A DNA stretch of 32,000 nt, from assembly GCF_000011805.1 (NCBI RefSeq), contig NC_006840.2; one strand, given 5' to 3'. Under the pieces are notes generated by a model that had not been told where the DNA came from, made no database searches, and saw only the letters and a list, made by a program, of their open reading frames with translations. Within the stretch, counting starts at the first letter, position 1, and the number at the start of each line of letters is the position of its first letter. The DNA is from Aliivibrio fischeri ES114. GTDB lineage: Bacteria; Pseudomonadota; Gammaproteobacteria; Enterobacterales; Vibrionaceae. Position numbers and translations under genes: made by a program. Shown one piece after another: positions 18,697-28,574 of the stretch.

Positions 18697-21600
18697 ATGA
18701 CGACGCGTGATCCTATTGTTCCTGTACTACTTGAGAAAGTGTACGCTCTTATTGCTGAAAAGCTTGAAATGCCTCAACAATCCCTAATAACGCAACTTGC
18801 TCAGCGTTTATTTGCCAACATTGATGATGACGATTTACTGCAACGCAATGAATCAGATATGTATGGTGCAACACTCAGTCTTTGGAACCACTTATCTGAT
18901 GTTAAAATATCAGATATTTCGGTTCGTGTTTTTAATCCTAAACTCAGTCAAGATGGGTGGCAGTCAACACATACTGTAGTTGAGATTGTCACACCAGATA
19001 GCCCATTTTTAGTTGATTCCGTAAAAATGGCTTTAGCTCGTTTAGACATGACGAGCCATTTTATGCTTCACGGACCACATTGTTTTGGCCGTAACGAAAG
19101 CGGTGAGATCATTTCAGTCTGTGAGAGTAACGCTGATATGCAACAAACTCTATTCCATTTTGAAGTTGATCATTTAAATGACAAGGTTGAAATGGAAAGG
19201 CTTCAAAATGAATTGCTTATTGTTCTACAAGACATCCATCGGGTCGTGAATCAATGGAAGCCGATGTCAGATAAATTGACTGAGGTAATTGAAGAGTTAA
19301 AAACGTCGGATTTACCAATAGTAAAAGAAGAGATAGATGAAGCCATTTCATTTCTTTCTTGGCTTAAAAATCACAACTTCACTTTGATGGGTTATAAGAA
19401 CTTTGATTTACAAGCAGTAGAAGGTGATCATGAGTTGGTTCCAACCCAAGAAGAAGGGTTAGGGCTGTTCTCGTTAGCGTCACGAATTCATACGACAAAG
19501 CTTTCCGAAATGCCATCTTCTGCACGAGCTGCAGCAAAGAAATCAGATCTTCTTATTCTTACCAAATCAAACACCAAATCACGAATTCACCGTCCTGCTT
19601 ATACTGATTACATCGGTATCAAACGTTTAAATAAAGAAGGTAAGGTAATAGGCGAGCATCGCTTTACAGGTCTTTATACGTCAACAGCATATAATCAAAG
19701 CGTTTCAAACATTCCATTATTGAGTAATAAAGTTGAACGTATCTTGGATGCGAGCAAATACATTAAGGGCTCACACTCTTATAAAGCTCTGCATAATATT
19801 CTAGAAACGTACCCACGAGATGAATTATTCCAAGCTAATGAAGAAGAGATGCTTGAAGTTGGCGTAGGTGTGGTAAAAATGCAAGATCGTGATTTATTGC
19901 GATTATTTGTCCGTCGTGATCCATTCGGACGCTTTTTCTCATGCATGGTGTATGTCACTAAAGAGCGTTATAACACAGAGTTACGTCGACAAACTCAACG
20001 TATATTACAAAATTATTTTGGCTCAAAACAAGAAGTTGAATTTACGACTTTCTTCTCTGAAAGTGCGTTAGCAAGAACGCATTACATCGTTCGTGTCGAT
20101 AATAATAATGGCGATATTAATGTGAAAGACATTGAAAATAATCTAATGGAAGCCGCTTCAACATGGGATGATCGTCTTTGTGATGTGATTGTTGCTAATT
20201 TAGGTGAGAGCAAAGGAACTGCAATAGCTAAACAGTATCAACGTGCTTTTCCTCGCTCGTATAAAGAAGCGACATTACCAGGCTCAGCGGTTGCGGATAT
20301 TGAACGATTAGAACTGCTAAACGATGATAACAAATTAGGTATGCTTTTCTATCGTCCACAAGAAGAGAAGAAAGGGTCAGCCAATGTTAAATTAAAATTG
20401 TTCCATCGTGATGAGCCAATTCACTTATCTGATGTGATGCCAATGCTTGAAAACCTAGGGTTACGAGTTATTGGTGAGTCACCATATGCGGTGAAAAAGA
20501 GTGATGGATCGGTTGATTGGATCTTAGATTTCTCGATGATTCATAATGGATCAGCTGAAGTGGATCTTCGTCAAGCTCGTGATCGTTTTCAAGAAGCGTT
20601 TGCTCAGATTTGGAATGGTCAATTAGAGAGTGATGGTTTTAACCGATTGGTTCTAGGTGCTGGTTTATCTGGCCGTGAAGTGACTATTTTACGTGCTTAT
20701 GCGCGTTATATGCGTCAAGTTGGCTTCCCATTTAGTCAGCAATATATTGAAGATACATTATCAACCCACACTGATTTAGCGGTTTCTGTGGTTAAACTGT
20801 TTGAACTCCGCTTTGATCCTAAATCGAATTGGTCTGATAAAAAAGAACAAAAACAACTAGATGCCATTTATTCAAGCTTGGATAAAGTAGAGAGTCTAGA
20901 TGATGATCGTATTATTCGTCGTTATGTAGAAATGATCGTTGCGACGTTACGTACCAACTACTATCAAACTGCAGAAGATGGGCAAGCTAAGCCTTGGTTA
21001 TCGTTAAAGATGCAACCATCAAATATTCCTGAAATCCCAGCACCAGTACCTGCGTATGAAATTTTCGTTTATGCGCCAGATATTGAAGGTGTGCATTTAC
21101 GTGGTGGAAAGGTAGCTCGTGGTGGATTACGTTGGTCTGATAGACAAGAAGATTTCCGAACCGAAGTGCTTGGCTTAGTTAAAGCACAACAAGTTAAAAA
21201 TACGGTTATTGTTCCTGTTGGTGCAAAAGGCGGTTTTGTTTGTAAGAAACAGCATAACTTTACGACTCGTGAAGATATCTTCGCTGAAGGTCAACGCTGC
21301 TATAAACAATTCATTCGAGCGTTATTGGATGTATCTGATAATATTATTGAAGGCGAGGTGGTTCCTCCATCTAATGTTGTTCGTCATGATGACGATGATC
21401 CGTATTTGGTTGTTGCAGCAGATAAAGGTACCGCAACCTTCTCTGATTTAGCTAACTCAGTATCAGAAGAGTATAACTTCTGGTTAGGGGATGCATTTGC
21501 TTCCGGTGGTTCTAATGGTTATGACCATAAAGCCATGGGTATTACAGCAAAAGGGGCTTGGGAGTCGGTAAAACGTCATTTCCGTGAAATGGGAATTGAT

Positions 21601-23535
21601 TGTCAAACAACTGATTTTACAGCCATTGGTGTTGGCGATATGGCTGGTGATGTGTTTGGTAATGGTATGCTTTTATCAAAACACATTCGATTACAAGCCG
21701 CATTTAACCATTTACATATATTTATCGATCCAAATCCTAATTCTGAATTGACTTGGCCAGAGCGTAAGCGTTTATTTGAGCTTCAGGGATCGAGTTGGGA
21801 AGACTACAACAAATCATTGATCTCTCAAGGCGGTGGTATTTTCTCTCGCCGAGCGAAATCGATCGAACTTTCTCCTGAAATTCAGAAAATGTTAGGTACT
21901 CGCAAGCAATCTCTTGCTCCAAATGATCTTATTCAGATGATCTTAAAAATGGACGTTGATCTGTTATGGAACGGTGGGATTGGTACTTACGTTAAATCCA
22001 GTAAAGAAACCAGTGTTGATGTTGGTGACCGTGCTAATGATGCCTTACGTATCAATGGCTCAGAGCTAAATGCTAAAGTAGTTGGCGAGGGTGGTAACTT
22101 AGGCATGACTCAATTAGGGCGTATTGAATATGCACTAAAAGGTGGTCGAGTTAACACCGATTTTGTTGATAATGTTGGTGGGGTTGATTGTTCTGATAAT
22201 GAAGTAAACATTAAGATCTTACTGAATGGCTTAGTGGCTAATGGCGATCTTACTTATAAACAACGCAACGTACTTCTTGAGAAAATGGAAGATGAAGTCG
22301 GTCAAATTGTTCTTGATGATGCGTATTGTCAGTCTGAATCGATCTCAGTAACAGAGCAACAAGGTACATCATTGGTGAAAGAGCAGATCCGCTTTATTCA
22401 TCACTTAGAAAAACAAGGTAAGTTAGATCGTGCTTTAGAGTTTATTCCAGACGATGAAACTTTAATTGAGCGAGAGAAAATGGGGCAGGCATTAACCCGT
22501 CCAGAGCTTTCTGTTCTTGTTGCCTACGGAAAAATGGTATTAAAAGATCAGCTAGCTTGTGATGAAATCGCAAATAATCCGTATCATGCTGATTTATTAA
22601 CAACGTATTTCCCAACTGAGTTACAACGTAACTATAAGGCTGCAATGGATAACCATCCATTACGTTCAGAGATTATTGCGACTTGTTTAGCCAATCAGAT
22701 GGTTAATGAGATGGGGTGCAATTTTATCACTCGTCTACAAGAAGAAACAGGTTACGCCGTCACTGATATTGCTAATGCGTATGCCGCAACTCGAGCTATC
22801 TTTGAATTTGGTGATTTATTTAAGCAAATTCGTGAGTTGGATAATACGGCAACAACGGAAGCACAATATGAAGCCTTCTTTGCAATGCGCCGTACAATTC
22901 GTCGTGTTACTCGATGGTTATTGCGTAATGGCTCTCAAAACATGTCCATTCAAGCACTTATCGAAAAATACAAATCAGCGGTTGATGATATTAAAGTGAA
23001 TCTCGATGGGTATTTGGTTAATGATGAGGTGGTGGAACATATTGAGCAGGCTAATCATTACTTTGAATTAGGGGTTCCGTGTGAACTTGGCAATGTGCTA
23101 GCACGCTTAAGTAGTTTATATTCAGCGATGGATATTTCTGAAGTTGCAGAAGCCGCAGGGCAACCAGTGTCTGTCGCATCACGTTTATACTATGTATTAG
23201 GTGATAAATTATCGCTTCATTGGTTCTTGAAACAAATTAACAACCAAGGAGTTGATAATCATTGGCAAGCCCTGGCTCGAGCATCATTTAGGGAAGATCT
23301 TGATTGGCAACAACGTCAATTAACGACCTTGGTTTTAGCGGACTATAAAGATGATACAAGCATCGAAAATGCAATAGAAGAATGGTGTTTGAATAACGCT
23401 GCTTCTGTTGAGCGTTGGGAAAATATCTTGAATGAATTTAAGGTCGGTTCAGTGCACGAATTTGCTAAATTTTCAGTTGCACTGAGAGAATTAACCTTAT
23501 TAAATTTGAGTTGTTCTTCTGCTTTAGCAAGATAA
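18697..23535 (+). CDS. Large (~180 kDa class) NAD-specific glutamate dehydrogenase; start corrected from 18628
   Basis: 1612 aa from MTTRDPIVPVLLEKVY with upstream GGAG; RGGLRWSDRQEDFRTEVLGLVKAQQVKNTVIVPVGAKGGFV, TAIGVGDMAGDVFGNGM, GEGGNLGMTQLGRIEYA motifs. Confidence 0.94.
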   Translation: MTTRDPIVPVLLEKVYALIAEKLEMPQQSLITQLAQRLFANIDDDDLLQRNESDMYGATLSLWNHLSDVKISDISVRVFNPKLSQDGWQSTHTVVEIVTPDSPFLVDSVKMALARLDMTSHFMLHGPHCFGRNESGEIISVCESNADMQQTLFHFEVDHLNDKVEMERLQNELLIVLQDIHRVVNQWKPMSDKLTEVIEELKTSDLPIVKEEIDEAISFLSWLKNHNFTLMGYKNFDLQAVEGDHELVPTQEEGLGLFSLASRIHTTKLSEMPSSARAAAKKSDLLILTKSNTKSRIHRPAYTDYIGIKRLNKEGKVIGEHRFTGLYTSTAYNQSVSNIPLLSNKVERILDASKYIKGSHSYKALHNILETYPRDELFQANEEEMLEVGVGVVKMQDRDLLRLFVRRDPFGRFFSCMVYVTKERYNTELRRQTQRILQNYFGSKQEVEFTTFFSESALARTHYIVRVDNNNGDINVKDIENNLMEAASTWDDRLCDVIVANLGESKGTAIAKQYQRAFPRSYKEATLPGSAVADIERLELLNDDNKLGMLFYRPQEEKKGSANVKLKLFHRDEPIHLSDVMPMLENLGLRVIGESPYAVKKSDGSVDWILDFSMIHNGSAEVDLRQARDRFQEAFAQIWNGQLESDGFNRLVLGAGLSGREVTILRAYARYMRQVGFPFSQQYIEDTLSTHTDLAVSVVKLFELRFDPKSNWSDKKEQKQLDAIYSSLDKVESLDDDRIIRRYVEMIVATLRTNYYQTAEDGQAKPWLSLKMQPSNIPEIPAPVPAYEIFVYAPDIEGVHLRGGKVARGGLRWSDRQEDFRTEVLGLVKAQQVKNTVIVPVGAKGGFVCKKQHNFTTREDIFAEGQRCYKQFIRALLDVSDNIIEGEVVPPSNVVRHDDDDPYLVVAADKGTATFSDLANSVSEEYNFWLGDAFASGGSNGYDHKAMGITAKGAWESVKRHFREMGIDCQTTDFTAIGVGDMAGDVFGNGMLLSKHIRLQAAFNHLHIFIDPNPNSELTWPERKRLFELQGSSWEDYNKSLISQGGGIFSRRAKSIELSPEIQKMLGTRKQSLAPNDLIQMILKMDVDLLWNGGIGTYVKSSKETSVDVGDRANDALRINGSELNAKVVGEGGNLGMTQLGRIEYALKGGRVNTDFVDNVGGVDCSDNEVNIKILLNGLVANGDLTYKQRNVLLEKMEDEVGQIVLDDAYCQSESISVTEQQGTSLVKEQIRFIHHLEKQGKLDRALEFIPDDETLIEREKMGQALTRPELSVLVAYGKMVLKDQLACDEIANNPYHADLLTTYFPTELQRNYKAAMDNHPLRSEIIATCLANQMVNEMGCNFITRLQEETGYAVTDIANAYAATRAIFEFGDLFKQIRELDNTATTEAQYEAFFAMRRTIRRVTRWLLRNGSQNMSIQALIEKYKSAVDDIKVNLDGYLVNDEVVEHIEQANHYFELGVPCELGNVLARLSSLYSAMDISEVAEAAGQPVSVASRLYYVLGDKLSLHWFLKQINNQGVDNHWQALARASFREDLDWQQRQLTTLVLADYKDDTSIENAIEEWCLNNAASVERWENILNEFKVGSVHEFAKFSVALRELTLLNLSCSSALAR

Positions 23536-23583
23536 AAAAACGCCGATAAAAATAGGGCAAGCCAAACGTTTGCTCTTCTATAA

Positions 23584-23615
23584 GGAAAGTGATTTTTTAT
23601 TCACTTTCCTTTTTT
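23584..23615 (+). terminator. Rho-independent terminator after the glutamate dehydrogenase gene
   Basis: GGAAAGTGA-TTTTTTAT-TCACTTTCC followed by T6. Confidence 0.93.
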
Positions 23616-23737
23616 ATTACCCCGAGAATTTTCTCATTAACTTACATTTTTAATCGGAAAGAGTGAATATATAATAATTGAGATAAATGTGAGATGTCAG
23701 TTTGCAATAATTAATTATGAATAAAGTACGATTAAGT

Positions 23738-23799
23738 TTGAATTGTGAATAAAATCAGTGAATAATGTCTCCCCGTTTATACGGGACTTAATTTTGGAG
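23738..23799 (+). promoter_or_regulatory. Candidate pyrD promoter (TTGAAT-17-AATAAT) with C-rich initiation region and leader hairpin
   Basis: -35 TTGAAT 23738-23743, -10 AATAAT 23761-23766, initiation zone CTCCCCG, hairpin CCCGT-TTAT-ACGGG 23772-23785, Shine-Dalgarno GGAG 23796-23799. Confidence 0.55.
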
Positions 23800-23804
23800 T
23801 TACA

Positions 23805-24815
23805 ATGTTATATCGCATCGCCAGAGCTGGCATTTTCAAACTTGATGCTGAAAAAGCACATGACCTAGCAATTCAAAATTTCAAACGCTTCAACGGCACT
23901 CCTCTTGATATCTTCTATCGTCAAAACCTTGCTTCTAAACCGGTAGAAGTGATGGGTATTAAATTCAAAAATCCTGTTGGCCTTGCTGCTGGCCTTGATA
24001 AAAACGGTGAATGTATTGAAGCATTTGGCGCTATGGGTTTTGGATTTGTAGAAGTCGGCACTGTAACACCTCGTCCTCAATCTGGTAATGATAAACCACG
24101 CTTGTTCCGTCTTATTGAAGCTGAAGGTATTATCAACCGTATGGGATTTAATAACCTAGGCGTAGATAACCTTGTTGAGAACGTTAAGAAAGCAAAATAC
24201 GATGGCGTTATCGGCATTAACATTGGTAAAAACAAGGATACACCAATTGAAAAGGGCACGGAAGATTACCTAATCTGTATGGAAAAGGTATATCAATATG
24301 CCGGTTATATCGCGGTGAATATTTCATCTCCAAATACTCCAGGACTTCGAACTCTTCAATATGGTGAAGCGTTAGATGATCTCTTATCTCAATTAAAAGA
24401 GAAACAAAAAGAGTTAGCAGAGAAATACGGTAAGTATGTTCCTGTTGCACTTAAGATCGCTCCGGATCTAGAAGACGATGAATTGACACAAATTGCTGAA
24501 TCATTGATCAAATATAAAATTGATGGGGTGATTGCAACAAACACAACATTAGATCGTTCTATGGTTGAAGGCATGAAGCATGCTGAAGAGATGGGTGGCT
24601 TAAGTGGTCGTCCTGTTCAAACACGTAGTACTGAAGTTGTTCGTCGCCTTAAAGAATTACTTGGCGATAATCTACCAATTATTGGAGTAGGTGGTATTGA
24701 CTCTTATGTAGCAGCAAAAGAGAAGATGGTTGCTGGTGCAGAGCTAGTTCAAGTCTATTCTGGCTTTATTTATAAAGGTCCAGGTCTGGTTCGAGATATT
24801 GTTAACAATATTTAA
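23805..24815 (+). CDS. pyrD: Dihydroorotate dehydrogenase (quinone), class 2
   Basis: 336 aa; [59 protein letters not shown] motifs. Confidence 0.97.
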   Translation: MLYRIARAGIFKLDAEKAHDLAIQNFKRFNGTPLDIFYRQNLASKPVEVMGIKFKNPVGLAAGLDKNGECIEAFGAMGFGFVEVGTVTPRPQSGNDKPRLFRLIEAEGIINRMGFNNLGVDNLVENVKKAKYDGVIGINIGKNKDTPIEKGTEDYLICMEKVYQYAGYIAVNISSPNTPGLRTLQYGEALDDLLSQLKEKQKELAEKYGKYVPVALKIAPDLEDDELTQIAESLIKYKIDGVIATNTTLDRSMVEGMKHAEEMGGLSGRPVQTRSTEVVRRLKELLGDNLPIIGVGGIDSYVAAKEKMVAGAELVQVYSGFIYKGPGLVRDIVNNI

Positions 24816-24857
24816 GGTTAAAATTTCAACAGTAAGTTGATTACAAGTGATTTTAAT

Positions 24858-24888
24858 AAAGGGGAGAATAATATTTTCCCCTTTTTTT
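24858..24888 (+). terminator. Rho-independent terminator after pyrD
   Basis: AAAGGGGAGAA-taata-TTTTCCCCTTT hairpin followed by a T-run. Confidence 0.88.
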
Positions 24889-25031
24889 ATTGCTAACCTC
24901 TTGTAAAATTAACAGTTAATTGCATCAATGAATTTTTTACGCGAAAACAGATGGAAATTTTCGCTATAAAATTGCATCCATTGATATTTGGCTGGCACGG
25001 GATTTTTCCCATTTTCAAGAGAGAATTCATA

Positions 25032-25574
25032 ATGCTTAAACCTAGTGATACATGGACTTGGTATTACGATAATAAAGCACAATCTCTAATGCTTGATTTG
25101 GGCATGGATATGGTCTTTTGTGTAAACCTTCCACATAAAGTATTAGTCGAAGGCGCATTTTCTGAATGCAAATTCTCTGTAGATGATGCATCTGCCTATC
25201 AAATGTTCGTTGAACACATTTCTTATCTCCCTCTATCTGAACCTCGTAAAGTAGAGCTTGCTCTTAATTGTGTAGCAGCTAAACGTTTTCATAAGCCTAT
25301 GCTTCCTAAAAGCTGGTTTTTTGAGACTCAAAGCGATGCAGGCTATGCTCCTGAGGAAGGTGAAGTTATCTCTCTTAAGAATGATTTAGGGGAAGGGCAC
25401 TTCATTATTGTTGAAAACTACGAATGTGCAAGTATGTGTATGCTGGTGGACATGGACGCTTTCGCTCTAAATCCGACTAAATACATGGCCTTTTGTGAAC
25501 CAATTAAAGTAATGCATGACCGCATGGCTCCAATGCAGGTAGTCAACTCTTCGTACTATGCAATGGTAGGTTAA
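25032..25574 (+). CDS. zapC: Cell division protein ZapC; start corrected from 24951
   Basis: 180 aa from [29 protein letters not shown]; length and sequence fit ZapC; located after pyrD. Confidence 0.88.
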
Positions 25575-26207
25575 GGCAAAACGACGTTTCTTTATCCTTA
25601 ATTTATCATTTGTTTTTTTGCTTTATTTCCCTTTCTAATTATATCGTTTCCTTCCTTTGATGCAGCTGCCAACCAGCGCTTCTCTGATTAAATACATACC
25701 TCACAATAGTATTAATACGCACCTATAGAACGGCCAGATACCGTTTTATTGGATTGTATTTATCTATCTAATCGTTTGCTTGAAATAGGTAAGTTAAATC
25801 GTAGTACTTAAGATTTTTAAAGAGGCTGCGATGAAAACGCTCAACATTTAAACTCTTAAAAGTGAGACCTAGAGCCAAGAAGTATAAAAAAACAACACTC
25901 AGAACAATAGTTTAGTACGTCTATAAATAGGCCTTTTCATTATTATTTTCCCTGTTTTCCATGTTTTGTAAGTAAATTACATAGCTAATTTACTGTTGGT
26001 ATAGTCCAGATTTTGCGGCGGGTATTGCGCTATTTTGCGTTTCTTTGTGGAAACGAAGCTTGGGCTTGATCTCTTGTTTGATTAATAAGTTTTTGTTTTA
26101 AAAGAAATTAAGTGGATAAAAGAGTTGTCATTTATCTGCTATCTAAATGTCCTATTTCATATAGATTCATGTATAATGCGAGGCAATTTAATAACGAAAA
26201 GAATCCC

Positions 26208-28325
26208 ATGAAAAAATACTTAGCCATTACTTCTAAAGGCCTTGAAAACTTACTTGCAGATGAACTGATTGCACTTGGTGTGACTGACCCTAAAGTGGTT
26301 CACGCTGGTGTTAAATTCGAAGCACCAATCGAGGTCGTTTATCGTTGTTGTTTGTGGAGCCGTATTGCTTCACGTTTCATTCAAATTCTTTCTGAGTTCG
26401 ATGTCCGTGATGATATGGACTTATACCTAGGCGCATCTTCAATTAACTGGCCTAGTTATTTCTCTGCTGATAAAACGCTAGTGGTGGACTTTAACGGTAC
26501 TAACCGTGAGATTCGAAATAGCCAATACGGTGCATTAAAAGTAAAAGATGCAATTGTTGACCGTTTTACAAAAGCGGACTTAGCGCGTCCAAATATCAGT
26601 AAAGTAGAACCAGACTTACGTGTTCATATGCGTTTATCAGGCGAGAAAGGGATTCTTGGCTTTGATTTAGTGGGTTCGGGTTTGCACCAACGAGGCTACC
26701 GTACTGAAGCCGGTCGTGCGCCACTTCGTGAAACTCTAGCAGCAGCACTTGTTATGCGTAGTACATGGGATGAGTCAAAACCTCTACTAGATCCAATGTG
26801 TGGTTCTGGTACCTTACTGATTGAAGCGGCACTAATGGCATGTGAAATGGCTCCTGGTGTTAAGCGTGAGAAGTGGTGTTTTGAAGCACTAAATGATTTT
26901 GACGCTGAGCTTTGGGCTGAGATTCGTTCTGAGGCTCGTGTTAAGAGTCGCCGTGGCGTTAAGAAAGTAGATGCTCGTTTCTACGGCTTTGATCGTGATT
27001 ACCGTGTTATTCAAACCGCTCGTGAAAATGCGCGTCGTGCTGGTGTTGAAGATTTAATTACTTTTGATGTGGGCGATGCTACGAAAGTTGAGTGCCCAGA
27101 AGGGTTTGAGAATGGTGTTATTCTTTGTAACCCTCCTTATGGTGAGCGTCTAAGTACAGAGCCTGCATTGATTGCACTGTACAGCGAATTTGGTCGCCAA
27201 TTAAAAGAAGTATTTGGCGGTTGTACGGCATCTATCTATTCAAGCAATGATGATCTACTTGCTTGTTTACGTATGCGTGCAGATAAGCAATTTAAATTGA
27301 ACAATGGTGCATTACCTTGTGTTCAGAAGAACTACTCAATTACTGAATCTGCTGAACGTAAAGAAGCGGTAAGCATTGAAGTTGCTCCTGAGTTCATGAA
27401 CCGTCTTAAAAAGAACATTGGCAAGATTGGTAAATGGGCACGTAAAGAGAAGTTAGATTGTTACCGTATCTACGATGCTGACTTACCAGATTACAATGCA
27501 GCAATTGATGTTTATAAAGATTACATCATCATTCAAGAATACGCGGCACCAAAAACGATTTCAGAAGATAAAGCACGTCGTCGTTTAACGGATATGATCC
27601 GTGCAACGGTTCTAGTAACGGGTGTTGAAACTAATAACGTTATTTTAAAAGTTCGTCAAAAACAATCTGGTAAAAATCAGTATCAAAAACTGGCAGAGAA
27701 ATCTCGTTACTTTGATGTTGAAGAGTACGGTGTCAAACTGATTGTTAACCTACAAGATTACCTAGATACCGGTTTATTCTTAGACCATAAGTTGACTCGT
27801 AAAATGTTAGGTGAAATAGCAGCAGGAAAAGACTTCCTAAACCTATTTGCTTACACAGGTTCTGCAACTGTTCACGCTGCTTGTGGTGGTGCTAAATCTA
27901 CCATGACGATTGATATGTCTCGTACCTACTTAGAGTGGGCGCAGAAGAACATGAATACCAATGGTCAAACGGGTACACAACACCAGTTCTTGCAAGCTGA
28001 TTGTTTACAATGGTTACAACAAGCGGACGGTGAATTCGATTTAATCTTTATCGATCCACCAACGTTCTCTAACTCTAAGCGTATGGAACAAACGTTTGAT
28101 GTACAGCGTGATCACATTATGCTGCTTGAAAACTTAAAACGTATGCTACGTGAGAACGGTACTATTGTATTCTCTAACAACAAACGTAACTTCAAAATGG
28201 ATGAAGCAGGATTAGAGAAAGCAGGGCTTAAAGCGAAGAATATTTCTAAGCAAACTTTGCCTCTTGATTTTGCTCGTAACAAGCATATCCATAACTGTTG
28301 GATTATTACCCACAAGGAAGACTAA
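26208..28325 (+). CDS. rlmKL: Bifunctional 23S rRNA methyltransferase RlmKL (m2G2445/m7G2069); start corrected from 26112
   Basis: 705 aa from [20 protein letters not shown]; THUMP region, [25 protein letters not shown], second SAM domain [20 protein letters not shown] and [16 protein letters not shown]. Confidence 0.95.
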   Translation: MKKYLAITSKGLENLLADELIALGVTDPKVVHAGVKFEAPIEVVYRCCLWSRIASRFIQILSEFDVRDDMDLYLGASSINWPSYFSADKTLVVDFNGTNREIRNSQYGALKVKDAIVDRFTKADLARPNISKVEPDLRVHMRLSGEKGILGFDLVGSGLHQRGYRTEAGRAPLRETLAAALVMRSTWDESKPLLDPMCGSGTLLIEAALMACEMAPGVKREKWCFEALNDFDAELWAEIRSEARVKSRRGVKKVDARFYGFDRDYRVIQTARENARRAGVEDLITFDVGDATKVECPEGFENGVILCNPPYGERLSTEPALIALYSEFGRQLKEVFGGCTASIYSSNDDLLACLRMRADKQFKLNNGALPCVQKNYSITESAERKEAVSIEVAPEFMNRLKKNIGKIGKWARKEKLDCYRIYDADLPDYNAAIDVYKDYIIIQEYAAPKTISEDKARRRLTDMIRATVLVTGVETNNVILKVRQKQSGKNQYQKLAEKSRYFDVEEYGVKLIVNLQDYLDTGLFLDHKLTRKMLGEIAAGKDFLNLFAYTGSATVHAACGGAKSTMTIDMSRTYLEWAQKNMNTNGQTGTQHQFLQADCLQWLQQADGEFDLIFIDPPTFSNSKRMEQTFDVQRDHIMLLENLKRMLRENGTIVFSNNKRNFKMDEAGLEKAGLKAKNISKQTLPLDFARNKHIHNCWIITHKED

Positions 28326-28331
28326 GAGATA

Positions 28332-28574
28332 ATGATCACTCTCTATAGCACGGAAGGCTGCCACCTTTGCGAGCAAGCGTTTGACTTGCTTGTCGAGGTG
28401 GGTGTAGATATGGAACAAGTAGATACCGTCGATATTGCATTTAACGATGAGCTTTTCTCTCGTTACGGTGTCACTATTCCTGTAGTGGCGAATGGCTTAT
28501 CTGAGCTAAATTGGCCCTTTGATGCATCACAACTAAAGAATTGGTTAGAAGATAATGGCATTACTTACAATTAA
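28332..28574 (+). CDS. Glutaredoxin-like family protein (CHLC active-site motif)
   Basis: 80 aa; MITLYSTEGCHLCEQAFDLL...YGVTIPVV; overlaps the uup start by 20 bp. Confidence 0.87.
   Translation: MITLYSTEGCHLCEQAFDLLVEVGVDMEQVDTVDIAFNDELFSRYGVTIPVVANGLSELNWPFDASQLKNWLEDNGITYN

Noticed and set aside
21209-21451. 80-aa ORF overlapping the glutamate dehydrogenase gene in another frame
   Set aside because: Overlaps the most conserved catalytic region of the glutamate dehydrogenase; out-of-frame by-product.
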